From positions 1-64,000 of the forward strand of contig NMRA01000642.1 in assembly GCA_002633005.1 (NCBI GenBank): a stretch of DNA of 64,000 bases. The letters are read 5' to 3'. The notes under the pieces were generated by a model. The model did not search any database, was not told the origin of the DNA, and saw only the letters and a program-made list of their open reading frames with translations. Below are positions 1-14,200 of this stretch, one piece after another. A program made the position numbers and the translations under genes. How positions within the stretch are numbered: the stretch's first letter is position 1; each line of letters opens with the position of its first letter. This DNA comes from Phoronis australis. Its lineage: Eukaryota > Animalia > Phoronida.

Positions 1-277
1 AAAATTATCACCTAAAAAGGCGCTTACTTTCTCCAGTGGTCCTTTCTGCTTCTAAACATATCTTCGATGAAGCATACCTACGGGAACTCAGGTGACTTTG
101 GGTGAATTCCATCTCCACATTGTGGTTACTGTTAACTTAAACCGCGCGCGCGATAATCACAAAGTAGTTCAACTGGTCAGGTGAGTATGAGGCAAAGCTA
201 GGCTAGCGCGAGACTGAGTGGTGAAGCGCGAGACCTGGCGCGTGACACTTGCAAAATAGCACGAGAACATATCAAGT
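1..277. repeat. Dispersed repeat, direct copy of ~20235-20487 (internal part of the Kolobok-like element)
   Basis: Long shared blocks, e.g. ccagtggtcctttctgcttctaaacatatcttcgatgaagcata and ttaacttaaaccgcgcgcgcgataa.cacaaagtagttcaactggtcaggtgagtatgaggcaaag. Confidence 0.85.
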
Positions 278-1166
278 GAATTTGTAAGATTTGTGTTCCT
301 TGGACTCATTGTTCGTGATTTCACGTAACTTTCTCAAAATGGCGCCCTGTGAGAGAAACTTGAGCGAACCGCGAGGTTTTCATGGATAGGTTCAAGTTAT
401 TTGTAGACTAAATTGTATCCAGAGTCAGGGTATGTGTTAACTAATTATAGCTCCATGTGCGCATATGCATGTTTCATTTGATTTTATTTGCTGTATTTTG
501 AATTGAGTAACTTTTTATGGGGATAAACTATCGCCCCTGTATGCCTGCGGCATTCAGGCCTAGAACGGGTTGAGTCAGTTCCAATTTCAGTCCGTTCACA
601 GCTTCGCACAACATAACAAGTTCACATTTTCTTCGTCCATTCACAGTTATTCCACGATCCATCTACCATCTTTTAAGTTGTGTTAACGTTTTAAGCATAA
701 AATTCACCATAAGAACTCCAGTAAAATTTAGCGTGTGTAGCAAAGACTCGGGACCGAACAAGAGCAATATGGCGGGTTTTGATCCTTTTCCGGTGACGTC
801 ACATTGACTAACGAGAAACTCGCAAGTGAGCTATTGACGGACTTCAATTACTACATAATGGTTCATTAACTCAAAAGCAAAAGAATACATTCCAGTCAGT
901 CCCTCCCAGTGAGCTGTTAAAATTCAGGAATTTATTTCATTTTTTGACATCGGCTGGGATTGAAATTTTGCCACTTTGTCAACGGCAGCCATTGCTAGCT
1001 TTGTTGCGAAAACATCTTTGCGACACTTGAATCACCTGTTTAATTGTTACTTCCGTACACAACAGTTCGATATAAAAATAAACGACTAAATTGTAGCATT
1101 GGTAAACATGGTAAATATGGTAAACAGTTTAACAGTTAACGCCACCACTCACGAGTCACGACTCAG

Positions 1167-1327
1167 CAGGCCTTTCAAAAATAGGGTGTCCAAAATGGGG
1201 TTCCCAACAATATTCCAGGGTGTCCATGATTCGGACGCATAACCCCCTCACCCCCAGCAATCCCCCAAACACACAGAATTTTTTTACAAAAAATGGACGC
1301 CCAGGACGTACGCTGCACAAAGGCCTG
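1167..1327. mobile_element. Short MITE (CAGGCCTT...AAGGCCTG), with a related inverted copy at ~2856-2992
   Basis: 8-bp terminal inverted repeats. The flanks cgactcag/ggactaag resemble a degenerate 8-bp TSD (hAT-like). About 130 bp match the reverse complement of 2856-2992. Confidence 0.55.
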
Positions 1328-2855
1328 GGACTAAGTCTCCAGCGGTAGCTGGCCAGCTCCAGCTGGGACAACAAAACTCAAAACAGTCAACGATGAATGA
1401 ACATTATCATAATGCATGCAGAAGGGGAATGCGGAACTTTCATGCTCTTGTTGTGAAAACACTAAATATGTCAGTAGTGAATCACCGACAAGTTTGAAAG
1501 ATAACAATTTTACCCAGGTTATCATGCTTCAGCTGTATTCGTTCACAAATCCAGTCTTCTGTTGCTGTCAGCGCCATTTTTTCAAAAGTCGTTGCGTACA
1601 CTGACATCTACAGGGCAATTTTGTTTTTTTGTTTCGCATTGCTGTCGCTGAAGGCGCTAGTGTATTTTACATTTTCAAACCTGTGTTCATGTGCAAGTCA
1701 AGTGGTTGTTCGTAAACCAAGGATAGAAATATAAATCGTAAAACCGGTGATAGGTTAAAGCACAGACACAGTTGGTCAAAATACTTATTCAAATCCTTGT
1801 AAGTATATCAGGCGAATACTCGTGGCTTTTTAACACCACTACTTAAAAATAGTTGAAGTGTTCCGTGTGATGTGGTGACCGCAGTGCAGACACTGAGACA
1901 GCACTGAGCTCAGATATATACTCGGGAACCCAATGGTCGTCCGCCTAAGCATAAAACCGACTTGCTGTTGTACTCACCGAATTATTCCACTTCAAAGTTA
2001 TGATCTGAATAGGATTCGATTTAACTCTCACAGATATACCGCATTCATCGATTCGGAAGTTTTCTTTAATTTGTGCCGAGTTATTTCAAATGTGCACTGC
2101 AATCGGCAGCCATTTTATTGTGACACCTAAGGTCGTCATATGCTGCCCCCTTTTGTAAAAACTGAGAAACATGCAGAAAAAGGCCAACGAAGTAATGAAA
2201 ATTGCAACAGCCTGTTTTTATTGACATAAACTCGATTTGAAGCTTTGATGTTGAGCTCTGCACTGTGGTTTCCAATAAAAGCCAATTGGACAACATTTCA
2301 ATGCAGTTTAATGGTGAATGCGTGAGGCAAAANNNNNNNNNNNNNNNNNNNNNNNNNNNNNNNNNNNNNNNNNNNNNNNNNNNNNNNNNNNNNNNNNNNN
2401 NNNNNNNNNNNNNNNNNNNNNNNNNNNNNNNNNNNNNNNNNNNNNNNNNNNNNNNNNNNNNNNNNNNNNNNNNNNNNNNNNNNNNNNNNNNNNNNNNNNN
2501 NNNNNNNNNNNNNNNNNNNNNNNNNNNNNNNNNNNNNNNNNNNNNNNNNNNNNNNNNNNNNNNNNNNNNNNNNNNNNNNNNNNNNNNNNNNNNNNNNNNN
2601 NNNNNNNNNNNNNNNNNNNNNNNNNNNNNNNNNNNNNNNNNNNNNNNNNNNNNNNNNNNNNNNNNNNNNNNNNNNNNNNNNNNNNNNNNNNNNNNNNNNN
2701 NNNNNNNNNNNNNNNNNNNNAAGTATATACAATGTTGCTATGCTCACACTTGGTTGATAGCATTGTAAAAGTCTTGGTCTACACCAATGTTTTATTAAAA
2801 ATGCTCACTACAGAAGGCTGTTTTGTAAACTTAGATGTAAAAACCTTGGTCTATG

Positions 2856-2992
2856 CATTTTTTGTAAAAAAAATCTGTGTGTTTGGGGGGATTGCTGGGG
2901 ATGGGGGGTTACGCGTCGGAATTATGGACGCCCTGGAATATTGGGAACCTCATTTTGGACACCCTATTTTCGAAATCCTGGATGAAGGCCTG
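2856..2992. repeat. Inverted partial copy of the 1167-1327 element
   Basis: ttttggacaccctatttt and tgtgtgtttgggggg.ttgctgggg are reverse complements of blocks in 1176-1295; the copy ends in AAGGCCTG. Confidence 0.6.
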
Positions 2993-4085
2993 GATAAAGG
3001 CCTGGCTAATTTAGTGTTTGCTGGCAGAAAGTGTTGTGAAACAACTCGATTTCCATCCCATGACCAAGTGTTAGGGGAATCTTTATTTACATTTACATTA
3101 CTCAAATAATGATTGTCAATGTACAACTTCTGTCCTGACGGTGCTGTAGCCCGGCATAGCGGAACCTGACCCAATTCGCGGCCCCCGATGAGTAAGTAGA
3201 TTTACAGTTTTCGTGGCTAATTCACCAACATAATCACCGTGCTCATTACTTTGGCTCACTAGTGTAGTATTTTTTTGACTGGAAGTTTAGTTTCCACTGA
3301 ACTTTAGCTGGTTTATGTTCGTGATGTCACTGGCCGGGATAACGGCAGAGTCAAACCGGCCGGCCGCGATGGGCCTGATCGGGCTCCTAGCCACTGGCCA
3401 GGATAACAAGCGTTTTGTGTTTAGAACTCAAAGATCACAAATCTAAACAATCTAGTAGGTTCTCCTGTCTGTATCTCACGGAAAGTACTTCGAAATTATC
3501 TCAGAACAGACCCCCAAACTCCTGCTATGGACCTTATTTGCCTGCCGAACTTTGTAGGCTACTGTGTGTCAAAATAACAATAAATCCGTAAGAGCGAAAT
3601 AAAACAACATGGTTTTATAAGGACTCGGTGTATTTTCAAGTGTTTTACATCGAAGTTAGAGGATTTATTGGTGTTAAACGATGACTTCACGCAATAAGCT
3701 GACACTAGTAACCCATGTTGTGAACTGCTGAACAGACTTCGTGTGAAACCGATGACGTCATTGGATAATTTCATCACCTCCGTCTGCCGCCCGGTGTCAG
3801 GTAACGCAACCGTATGTGTCGATATGGAGTAGAACTACACGATCTAAATTGATATAAATTAGGTTGTTTTTTGGGTGGCATGCTCCTTTAAATCGCCCGC
3901 CACAACTCCTAAGCGGTGTCACGTGATGTCTTTCAACATATATTCTCTAGAGATTCGGAGCTCTTTTGCATTGAAGATAAGTTTGACCTTTACATCCGCT
4001 GTATTTTTTATCCAGAGCATGACAGTTTTATTGTAAAATTTGTATCTATTTACTTTAATTCACATATTTTCAATTACTGATTGAC

Positions 4086-6249
4086 TCATGTATTCGAGAT
4101 TCCAGTTTGTATCTTTTGAATGTCAGATGCTGTTTCAGAGTCAAGGTTTACACCTTCTAATTGTATACTATCCTGCATTCGTTTTTCCAGGCGAACAATG
4201 CGTTGTTTAAGTGTTTTGTTTTGGAGAGTCCTAGACTTTAGCCAATTCATCAGCTGAGTTGAATCAAGGTAAACTAGAGGCGTGCTAGAAGAAGGACTTT
4301 CGAAGTTGTCCATGTTACGTCGCTTTCGGGAAAGGATTGCCCTCGGTGTGTTCCGAAACTGTGAACAGCTGGAACACCGGCTTTCACCTTTAACTAGCAT
4401 GGCACAGTTCACAGACCTTACTGTTGACATATACGTCTCCCCATAATTAGTGTTCTCTAAGAAGCCATTTTTGCTTTTCGATATGCAACTTTGAAACTGT
4501 TCATCAGAATTACCACAGCAAACGCTAAACTCAGAAATCAAACTTATCACCTTATGAACATTTTCTTGAGTTAAGAAAGGGGGATCTATACATTTGAAGA
4601 TATCGTGACTGCGAGATTTCCCTAGAGTGAACTTTTATAGAAATTTCTGCCCTAATAAAATTGACAACGAATTTACACATAGATAATTTAGCCACATCTA
4701 CTAATAAAACCAGCTGCAGCAGACTGTCTTCATTCTTGGTGATGACCCATCCTTTAGGAAGCTCTCCGTGTGTATCTGTAAAAACTGTTGTAAGAAATCT
4801 TTGGTGTCCAGTCCTGATATCTACATTTCTCAAATGGACATTTTGCTGATACATAATTTACGTTTTCTACTGTCAGTGACAATAATGATTATAGTAAACA
4901 CATTGACCTACCTGAGAACACTGTGCCCTTTGTATTTTCCAAATCAGAGGTGACCACAGTGTTGTTGTCACCACCACGACTTTTCCCGCTGCAACTGGAC
5001 TCAGTCAAAGGAATGTCGAGATATCCATAACCATCACTTTCACTGGAGGCTACAAAAATATTTAAGTGACGTCTGAATGGAAAAAGTTATTGTTACACAA
5101 CACAGCTGACAATTTTACTACTGCTTTTAGTACGTTTTAAAAACTGGTGTCCCGTCCTATTCACAAACACTGTAAATGCATGGTAATAACTGCGCTGTCA
5201 AGGTAACAATAAAACTAAGATTGTGAAGCAGATTCCATAATAAGTGAAACCTGGCTAAGAAGTAGTTGAATCAATCACATTTTTCTAGTGTCCTTAATCA
5301 CTACAAAGAATGTACGAAAAGACACTAGGGATATGTAGACGATTCAGCTTCAAGGTCATGATCAATAAAATGTGCATTTAACAAAGGCCTACTACCAACA
5401 GAAACCATCTACAAGATGGGTTCAACAAGTATTCCCCTTTACTTGAAAACTCTGGTTCTGTGGTGTCCAAGCCAGAGCTGACCACAGTATCATCAAGGGC
5501 AGAGTGATCTTGAGTAAAAGTGGATTCATTCAAAAGAACACTGAGAGGTACATCATCGTCGTCATCATCACTTTCACTTGAACCTACAAAATAGTTGACA
5601 AACACCGAAATTGATAACACGTTTTATGTTACACAATTCATGAAACCTTGATTGTCAAAGCATACAAACAGAGTTGAATGGGGGCAGTAATGTTATATCC
5701 ATTGGGAGGTGACCTGCCTGGGGTCCCCTAAATTGGCCCACGACTCAAAACTGGCATCCAGCATAGAGCAGGAGTAAGGCTTAATTTTACTCAAGAGCAG
5801 ATCTCGGAATGCATTTTGCTTTAACCTGGAAATGCAGTGGCATCAACATTTTCAGTGCTGGAGCCGCCCAGGTCATCATTCGTATTACTTGGCTGGATGT
5901 TTCTGGAAGCTACAAGGAAAGAGACACACTGCATTGTTGCTAAAAATACTTGTTAATACTTAATAATTGTACGTCAAGGTGTGAATTTTTATAGTTAGGT
6001 TCTCACTTACAGCAAACACAATGCTCATTAAAAATGTAACGAAAAAGTAAATTTATTATTTTATCCACTCTGCTCTGCTTGGTCAGCCTACTTATGTGCC
6101 TGAATGGAATTTTTTTCATCACAGGTAGCTCAAAAATTGACTTACGAAGGTCTTATTCTGTGTTCAAATAGTACCTCTAAGTTCGTCTTGCTTCCTCCGG
6201 CTGTTTTTTTGACATATACCAATCCGCTTTAAGCACGTGGAACCCTCAT
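4086..6249 (-). pseudogene. Degenerate spliced gene resembling the N-terminal region of invertebrate P-element/THAP9-like transposases
   Basis: Frameshifted ORFs 4552-4854 and 4086-4550 contain CCGN...TVRSVNCAMLV...RCSSCSQFR, a coiled coil and GVNLD, a pattern recalled from that family. Upstream minus-strand acceptor-bounded exon-like blocks lie at about 4912-5048, 5430-5583, 5826-5910 and 6146-6249. No catalytic core is visible. Confidence 0.45.
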
Positions 6250-8212
6250 CTAAAACAGGAAATGAACAGTAAAATTCCAACACTGAGCAAGATGTCAGGT
6301 CAGTCATTACAAGTAACACCAAGTGAGGGTTTCACCACATACTATCACTCTCTTATTCAGCTCATCAAACTAAAGGTGCCACGCGTAAGATGTAAAAGTT
6401 TTAGAGGAAAAATCAAGTTTTTCATCTTCATCGGGACATTTTTATCACTTTTTACACTTGAAAATCAGGAAATGTATGAATTCTAAAACTCTAAGTAGTG
6501 CACAGTCTCTTACAGGCCATTACAGTCTCTCCCAATAACCCAAATCCAACAGAAATCAGAACATTCGCTGAGAAAATATTTATGTACAAAATGGCTAAAA
6601 TTCCCATTTTGGACCAATTTAGGGACACTAAAGTAATTTTCAAAACTTTGACATTCACAACATTCCAATTTTAATGAATATAAAAACACCAAGAACCTTA
6701 TCAGTACTTAATAATACTAAATCAGTTTTTAAAAAAATTAAAAATTCTTGAAGCCAACATTCCAGGTTTGAGAAATTTTGTGCAAAATATGCTTGAAATT
6801 CATAGTTTTAGCCAAAGCTTTAACATATTTTGAATTTTGCAAAGATTTGTCAGTTTCCAAATCAAAATGAAGGGGATAACCACCTTGACTAAACAATCAG
6901 TACATAGCAAGGGTAGCTATTTGTCATAATAAAAAGAATACATATGATACTGATATCCCAATTTGGTGACTTATTGCACAAAAAACAGAAAATATGCCAA
7001 GTGCGAGATCTACTATGGCAAAGCAAGGAAATCTGCCATTTGTAACATGTCCTTTTAAGAATTATTTGAGGAATTAATTTATAAAAATACTACAATATGA
7101 AGTACAAATATGACAAGAGCTGTAAATGAACAGGAATTTCTGTACTTGAACAGCTTTGTGCATTATAAACACCCGGAAACATGCTATGAATGGTCAGCCA
7201 GTATTGCTAAATATGATTCATGGACTAGGGGTGGTGCACCACAGGGGTCTGGGGGGGCTTAAGAGACCCATCTCCACTTTTTCAGTGCGGCTGCGCTGCC
7301 CATGTAGTGTCAGTGTGCAAGACTCAAAAGTCCAGTCCAGTCCAGTCTGTTGTATGACTGGAGTGGCATGTATTGGCATTGGATTTGGAATGCGGCGCGA
7401 AACTAATGTACTGATTCATGCCTGGGCATTCTTGTATTGGAAGTACAAAGTAGCAAAATGGCGGCCCATGATTTATATAAGCTTTTATAAAAATCGTTAG
7501 GATCTTATTGGAGTTTAGAGCAATTATCGAACAAAAGAGAACTGACCCCACTATAAAAAAGCCAGAATGGAGTTAATCATTCATGTAAGATATTGGCTAC
7601 ATGGGTAAGCTTCTCAACTCCTTGTTGGGCTATAGAATCGAACAAGTTGGGAGCAATAGGAAAATGCTGTAATGTTACTTTATTACCCTTTGATTGATAA
7701 AATAATTACAAAATCTTTGGAGCCAGTTACCTGTACATAAGAGGTTGGATTATGTGTCAACTGACTAAAAAGCTGTGACCTTTGCCTTAAGAAAACATGT
7801 CTGTCAACTGATGAGTTTAACTTGTTGCCATGCTAGCTTCTGAATTTCTATCAGCCTTGAGTTTTTGGCAAAGCTAGACCCCAGAGTCATGTGACTGTAA
7901 TACCACCGGACAATCGTCTACTTTTAGTACCAGCACCAGGTTTGAAGTGATGCACCCAGCAAGTGAATTGAAACATTTAGGAATGTTTATATTGTAATAG
8001 CCAACAAGTTAAGCATTTTGTTGAATATTCACATCAAAGTCTCTTCCAGAAACCTCTTTGAATAGCTGGGTGATGATCGATGTAGCCCATCTTAACAATT
8101 GTAATTTGTAGCAGTTGAAGATCTTGTGGTACGGCTAAGTATTACACCAAATGTACTATAAAACTAGACTGGTGTCTTACAAATTATTATCTTACATTTC
8201 AGTTTGTAAGTG

Positions 8213-11200
8213 ATGTCTGATGGTGAACAGACAATCAAAGTCAAGCGTTACTATGTCCATGGCTGTGTTGTTCCATTTGAAGAAGACTCCACACATGAGT
8301 TCAAAGGCCACCGAAACCTTTCAGCAGAAGATGTCCCACCTTGGTGCTACCACTCTGGATCGGAAAAAATGACCAGAAAGGCAGTGTCAAGGTAGAATTG
8401 TGGCTTTACTGAATATAGAGTAGCCACTTCTCAGAATACTATCCAATGCCCTCTTGGATTCGGTGATATTTACCCACAGTGCTGTTCATCGATGAGGGTA
8501 CTTGGCCTGTACACTGCTGTTCGTATGTTCACTATATTGTACACTAAAATTAGATATTCTGATATGAATTAAAGTTTTACTGTTGCGCAATAATGTACAA
8601 TGCAGACACCAAATAATTTAGCATGTTGAATGAGGCACTATAAAATGTTCGTCTCTTGTCCAACTTGAGTCAGAAGTTTGTTAGTGACCCTAGATTTTGA
8701 AAAAGTAGGTTAATTCTAGAATGCATTTGTCTACTTCGACACATAAAGAGGAATGATTGTGGGATGTGGGAATATTGTTGTGTATGGTCAATGGGAATTA
8801 AAGTCATTAGGTACTATGTGCTGAATTCTGTTATGAATCATTACTAGTCAAATGCTTAGAGATGATAAAATCTTTAAGGGCTGTTCCAGTAAAATCCGTG
8901 TGGGAGGGGGGGGACGGCAGTAGAAATAAAAATTCATGGGTGGTGGTCTTCAGAAAAAAACTCAAATTATGGGTGGTCGTTCCTGTAAGAAGTGATGCAT
9001 TAAAAATGGGTGGTATTTTGTGACCTGTTAATGTTGATCCCAATAAAAAAGAGCCCATATTGCCAGTGAACAGAGTGCATTATGTTCACTAAGCCATTAA
9101 TCAAGTCATGGGCAACTTGATTTGAGCCAACTGTTTGTCTGCAGTCCTATTGAATTGAAAAGTTATGCAACACTAAACTGGTGTTAACACATACAAGAAA
9201 ATTGATGGTTTTTAAATAAAAAGTATGAGGAGTAAGATAAACAAGTTCCATTATTCACTTGACATAGAAGTATAAAAGAGTTCGTGGAGACAGTTTGAGA
9301 TTCATAGATCCTTATAATTGAAAAAATGCTCATTGAAATTACAGACACATGGTGAACAGAGACACCTGGTGGCTGCCAAAAGTATTGCTCACAGGCTACT
9401 TTAGTTTTTGACAATATTGGACAAGACAACTAGTTCTTGTCTGTCAATCATCTAAGTTCTTAACAGGTCCTCCTGGAGACAATTTGTTTGCAAGTGTTGG
9501 ATTTTATATTTTAACCTATTAAAAATAATTAAAAAATTATGGGTCATGGGTTGGAAAAATAAATGAAAAATATGGGTGGTGGGTACAAAATAAAAGTGCC
9601 TTCCCCCCCTCTCATACAGATTTTGCTGGAACAGCCCTAATTAAAACACTTTAAAACATTATTCATTTTGGGTTCAAGCCGATCCATAGTAGTGAGTTAA
9701 CTAGATGGAACTACTAGGTTAGATACTGTTGCATATGAGTTATTTATTAAACCAACACAATTGCTATCTCATTCAGCTTGTACGTCATTTGTGCTTTATA
9801 TATCACAGTGGATGGGATGGATCTCGAAACATGTTCTTGAAGTGTTTTATAATTATTATTATCATTGATAAAGAGATCATGTTTATCGTCTCTATATGTC
9901 TTTATTCAGGAAACCATGTTCTGGTGTTAAAATAGAAGGCACATCTCTTCCAAAGCGATATCACCACTTTTGTTTGACTTTATATTCATTTTGTTAACAT
10001 GCAATCAATCTGGAATTTTCAGGCAACCATACTACTTAATACTTTGTTGACGACTGAAATTAACATGTCGTAATTTGCCACTTAATGGGCTTCATTTGAA
10101 GCAATAAAGATCTTGATGTTACATTGATGTTCTAAATTGAGAAGCGCTACAGTATTCCTAGCTTGTTATGTGTTAGCTCAGTGAGTAATTAGGAAACCTA
10201 ATTATCTGTTTTCATAATTTCAGGGCAATAAATGCATTTTTGAATACAGGTAAAGGTGGTACCGTCTACCTGGGCATTGTTGATAATGGTACAGTTCTTG
10301 GTCTCAACCTGACTGTGTATCAGGTAAGAAGGGGTCATGCTGCAAGGAGTCGTTTGTGTTTGTGCGTGTGTGTTCACTATAATGGAGAATATAATATTTT
10401 TATTTTGTCAAGTTGCTTAAAGGGAGGTTGATGAGGTCAAAAAAGCGTAGACTTGGTCCTGGTCTGTAGTCTTTTGAAAATCAGGTCAATTTTTGGGTAT
10501 TTTTTAGTTTCTCATCTTTTCAGAAAAGAAAAATTTAGTAACTCACCGCTTGAAAAATCTTGCCATTTCAAGCTTTACTAACCCTTGCTTTTGGGCTTCT
10601 GTACACCTTTTGGAAAACAAAACGCTAGACCTTGAGCTGAAATTGATGCGTGCTGTTTTTTTAGTCTATAGTCACATTTCTCAATATGAGTTGGGGTATA
10701 AAGCAGAATGAAGCACGTGTGCTTTTTTGAGCCAACTAGAGAGTATGCCGAACATTTTAATGGTTTAGTTTTCCGTGGGCAGGGAAATTCTGCGTGCTTG
10801 TAACTCTGATTTCATTCTAGTGCATGGCCAGTCGACACGGGTCATAAATTGATGAACCATTGAGCAGAAGAATGCTGCTTGTTGCACTGATTTTCAACTG
10901 GGCTTGTACTTTGACATAGTTCATTCACCGCTTTTCAAAGTTGTTTGACGTCCCCATTAATTGAATGTTTTGTGACGTGGTATTTCAGCTTTGATTTGTG
11001 ATGCGATTGCATGTCGTGTGGTTCATTGAGAGTGTTTCATTGACGCATTTGCAGAAGGACCATATAGCTGCTTCACTGGAGGACCTCCTGGCCAGGTACC
11101 GACCTGTAGTTGACCGTCATCGTTGCAAAGTCAAGTTTGTGCCAGTTATAGAAAGTGGTGTGCCAGATGAGATTCTTCACAGACAAGCGCTGGTCGACAG

Positions 11201-14200
11201 CTGGTGAGTAGTATTGTTAGTTTAAATGTTGTAATGTAATCTAGGACTCTAGAAAAGTGGCACAGTTTGGCTAACTTGGGAATATCATATCTCAGAAATG
11301 GCTGATTGGATTCATGTGAAACTTTCAAATACTAGGCATTAGGCTTTGTTGTCCTCGGAAACGATTTTTGGAGTTGTTTTTATGCTGTTTCACTTTTACA
11401 CAAGAAGCTACTGGTGTGTGTGTCCAAAATGACTGAGATTCAACTACATCAAAAATCCGATTTTTATGAAAAATTCAAAAGTTAGTACGTAAAGCGAAGA
11501 CATGGTCAAGAGACCCAAGTGGTTTTAGTTTGGCATAAAGTCAAAACTGAAATTTTGAAGTTTCCACTTTCTTAAAATGTCTGAGAGTTTTTTACGTGGT
11601 TTTGTAGATATTTGGCTAAACGCAGACTTGTAGATAACATCCTATGCAGTGGCGGATCACGGTAGGATATCACAAGGGGGGCCCAATATTTTGTCCGGCT
11701 GCAAGCATTTGCGCAAACCACGATTGTAGATGTGCATAGCACCAAATGTGGGGAGGTCGGGAGGGGGCAAAACCCCCCCCCCCGCCCAGGAAATTTTTCT
11801 GTTTTTTCCTCTAAAAATCAAGCATTTTCCTTGATTCCTGAAGTGTTATCCAAGAAAAAAAGGCAAAAGAAAACATGGAGAACGTGTCCAACAGGAAAAA
11901 CTGCAAGTACCACAGACTCGAACTCATGACCTAGCGGATAAAGCATGCGTGCTTTACCACTACACCACCACGATTTAACTCCTATTCTGATACTAAGAGG
12001 CCTACATGTACTTGTTTATGGTCCACAGCGTTTGCGCATGAAACCTACTTCTTTTTGTAATGCTTATTACACGTTTTATATTTTGTGCAATCAGTTCTTA
12101 ACAAATTTGTAATATTTAAAATAGTCTTCAAATTCCCAAAAGACCAAATCCATTTTTCGTGTTGGCAATAATGATGGGATTGCTTTGAAAATCGTCTTAA
12201 GTTAAGGTTTGACAGAGAGAGAATTATGAGTTTCTGAGTGATTCACTAAGGCTTCAATTAAAATTCTTATCATACCAGCAGCTTCTGTGTTTTCATCGTG
12301 AATTTCCTTCATTGCACAGTGGAGCAGACGACGGAAACGGAGTCGTAGTGCGCAGCGCCACTGCCGGTCCCCTGGGATATCGGGGGAGAGCCTATACTTA
12401 GCCATACTTTGGTTACGAATGTGCCGTGTTCTGAATTTGACACTTGAAATTGGATCTGAGCCCCCCCCCCCCAAACACTAAAGTGCACACATTTAAATCT
12501 TGTTTCATCCATATAATTTTAATTACCAGGTTTAATTAATAAAGTCAACATTTCCCTAAGCTCTTGATGTTTGATTTTTTTTTGCGGCAGCCAAGTGGGG
12601 GGGGGTGGCAGACCCCCTGGGCCCCCCCCTTCTAAATCCGCCTATGCTACGTAACCTTAAATTGTTAATATTGCTCTACAACTAACAGTTTGTCGTTGCC
12701 TTGAGAAGAATTAGTGTAATGCAAAAGACCTTGATGTGTTTGCTTGCACCTATGTTATGATGTATGGGATCTGTTTACTTTTTTGCTACAAACATACAGA
12801 CAGCATTAACCCCTGGTGGTTACATGCAACAATGTTATTGCATACAACTGCAATTTCGAAGTAAACTAACACCAAACTTTGGCATAGTTGTGATGTGTGA
12901 AAGTGCAGTTTCCCTTCTTTACAACGTGAATTCACATGCAGCTAAATTATGTTTAAATCTCTCGCCCTGCCTTGTCCAGTTGCTAATTGGAGTTCTACTC
13001 ATTTACATACCCCGAGATAAAGAGTTTGTAGAGTTTGCACAATAATATCAATTTGGATACAAGGGTGTCGTGCACGGCAGAAGTAGTAATTCTGAATCGA
13101 ATTTTGAAGGAGTTTTGCATAAGTCTGTTTGGTATATTTTTAAAACTGCTGTATCTTTGCAACACTCAGAAGTTATCCAGTTGATAAACGTTATGCTACT
13201 AATGTTTTATTTTCAGTGCAAGCTCTGATCCTGAACTACGGAAGAGACCCCATAGTCTAAGGACTCACAGGTACTGTTGGTGTGATAAAGATGCAGTCGC
13301 CCAGTACAACTTTGTAAGTCAACCCTTCAAGCATTCTTCATTTGTGCAGTTAGTTGTGAATGTACCTAGTGCACCTATTTTGTGTCAATTGTTTTGTGTT
13401 GATAAACTTCAAGTGTCGTTCAAGAGGCACACCTTACTATGCCTCAAAGTGAAGTGTACATAGACCTTGTATAAAACACTGTCAGACCAATAAATGAATA
13501 TTCTTTTGAGAAAAATGAAGCTTTTTGAGTGCAGATGCGTAATCTTGAGGCTCTGTCTATAGGATTCCATTTTTCATATTAAGTTGTCGTTTTTCACATC
13601 CTCACAATTATGCTGACATGACCAGCAATTTCATGTCTGTCATGAATGCAGTGAATCTGACGTTTTCAAAAATTTCAGCTCTGGAGAGCGTTTTCAAAAG
13701 TTAGCGTGTTTGGTTATAAATTTCAGTGGATACATATGGACAGTAATCGTGAAGCACCAACAATACGTTTTCAAACGAAAACATAATCGTGTGGATAGGG
13801 CATACGTATACACACATGAACTGTTTGGGTTTTCATGTATTATGAGAAATCGTTGACAGGATGATGAGGTTATGACAGACGTGTACTTTGTAGGGAATTA
13901 TGTACAACAACTACGTCATCGAGATTACTGTGAAACCATGGGATGCAACTGACCAGAGGAATACATTCGTTCCACGTTCAGTCTTACAGTTACATCCATT
14001 TCATGAGGATGAAGAAGGAAACGTGTATTTCAGGAGACAAGCAAGTGTAGTGTCTGTATGTAAGCAATCTTCTTTTGCAGCTATGGAACAAGACTTCTTT
14101 CTCAATGTTCATTTCCGCTAACTGCAGTTTTAATTTTCAAAAGAAACTGGACAGAATTCTGTTAGACAATGCCAAACTTGGACAAATGTCTTGTTAGAAA

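Noticed and set aside
2265-3109. Long ORFs in the track around 2.3-3.1, 17.0-17.7, 18.4-18.8 and 25.1-26.1 kb
   Set aside because: They are open only because they run through N-gaps. Only 25874-26386 on + is real coding sequence.
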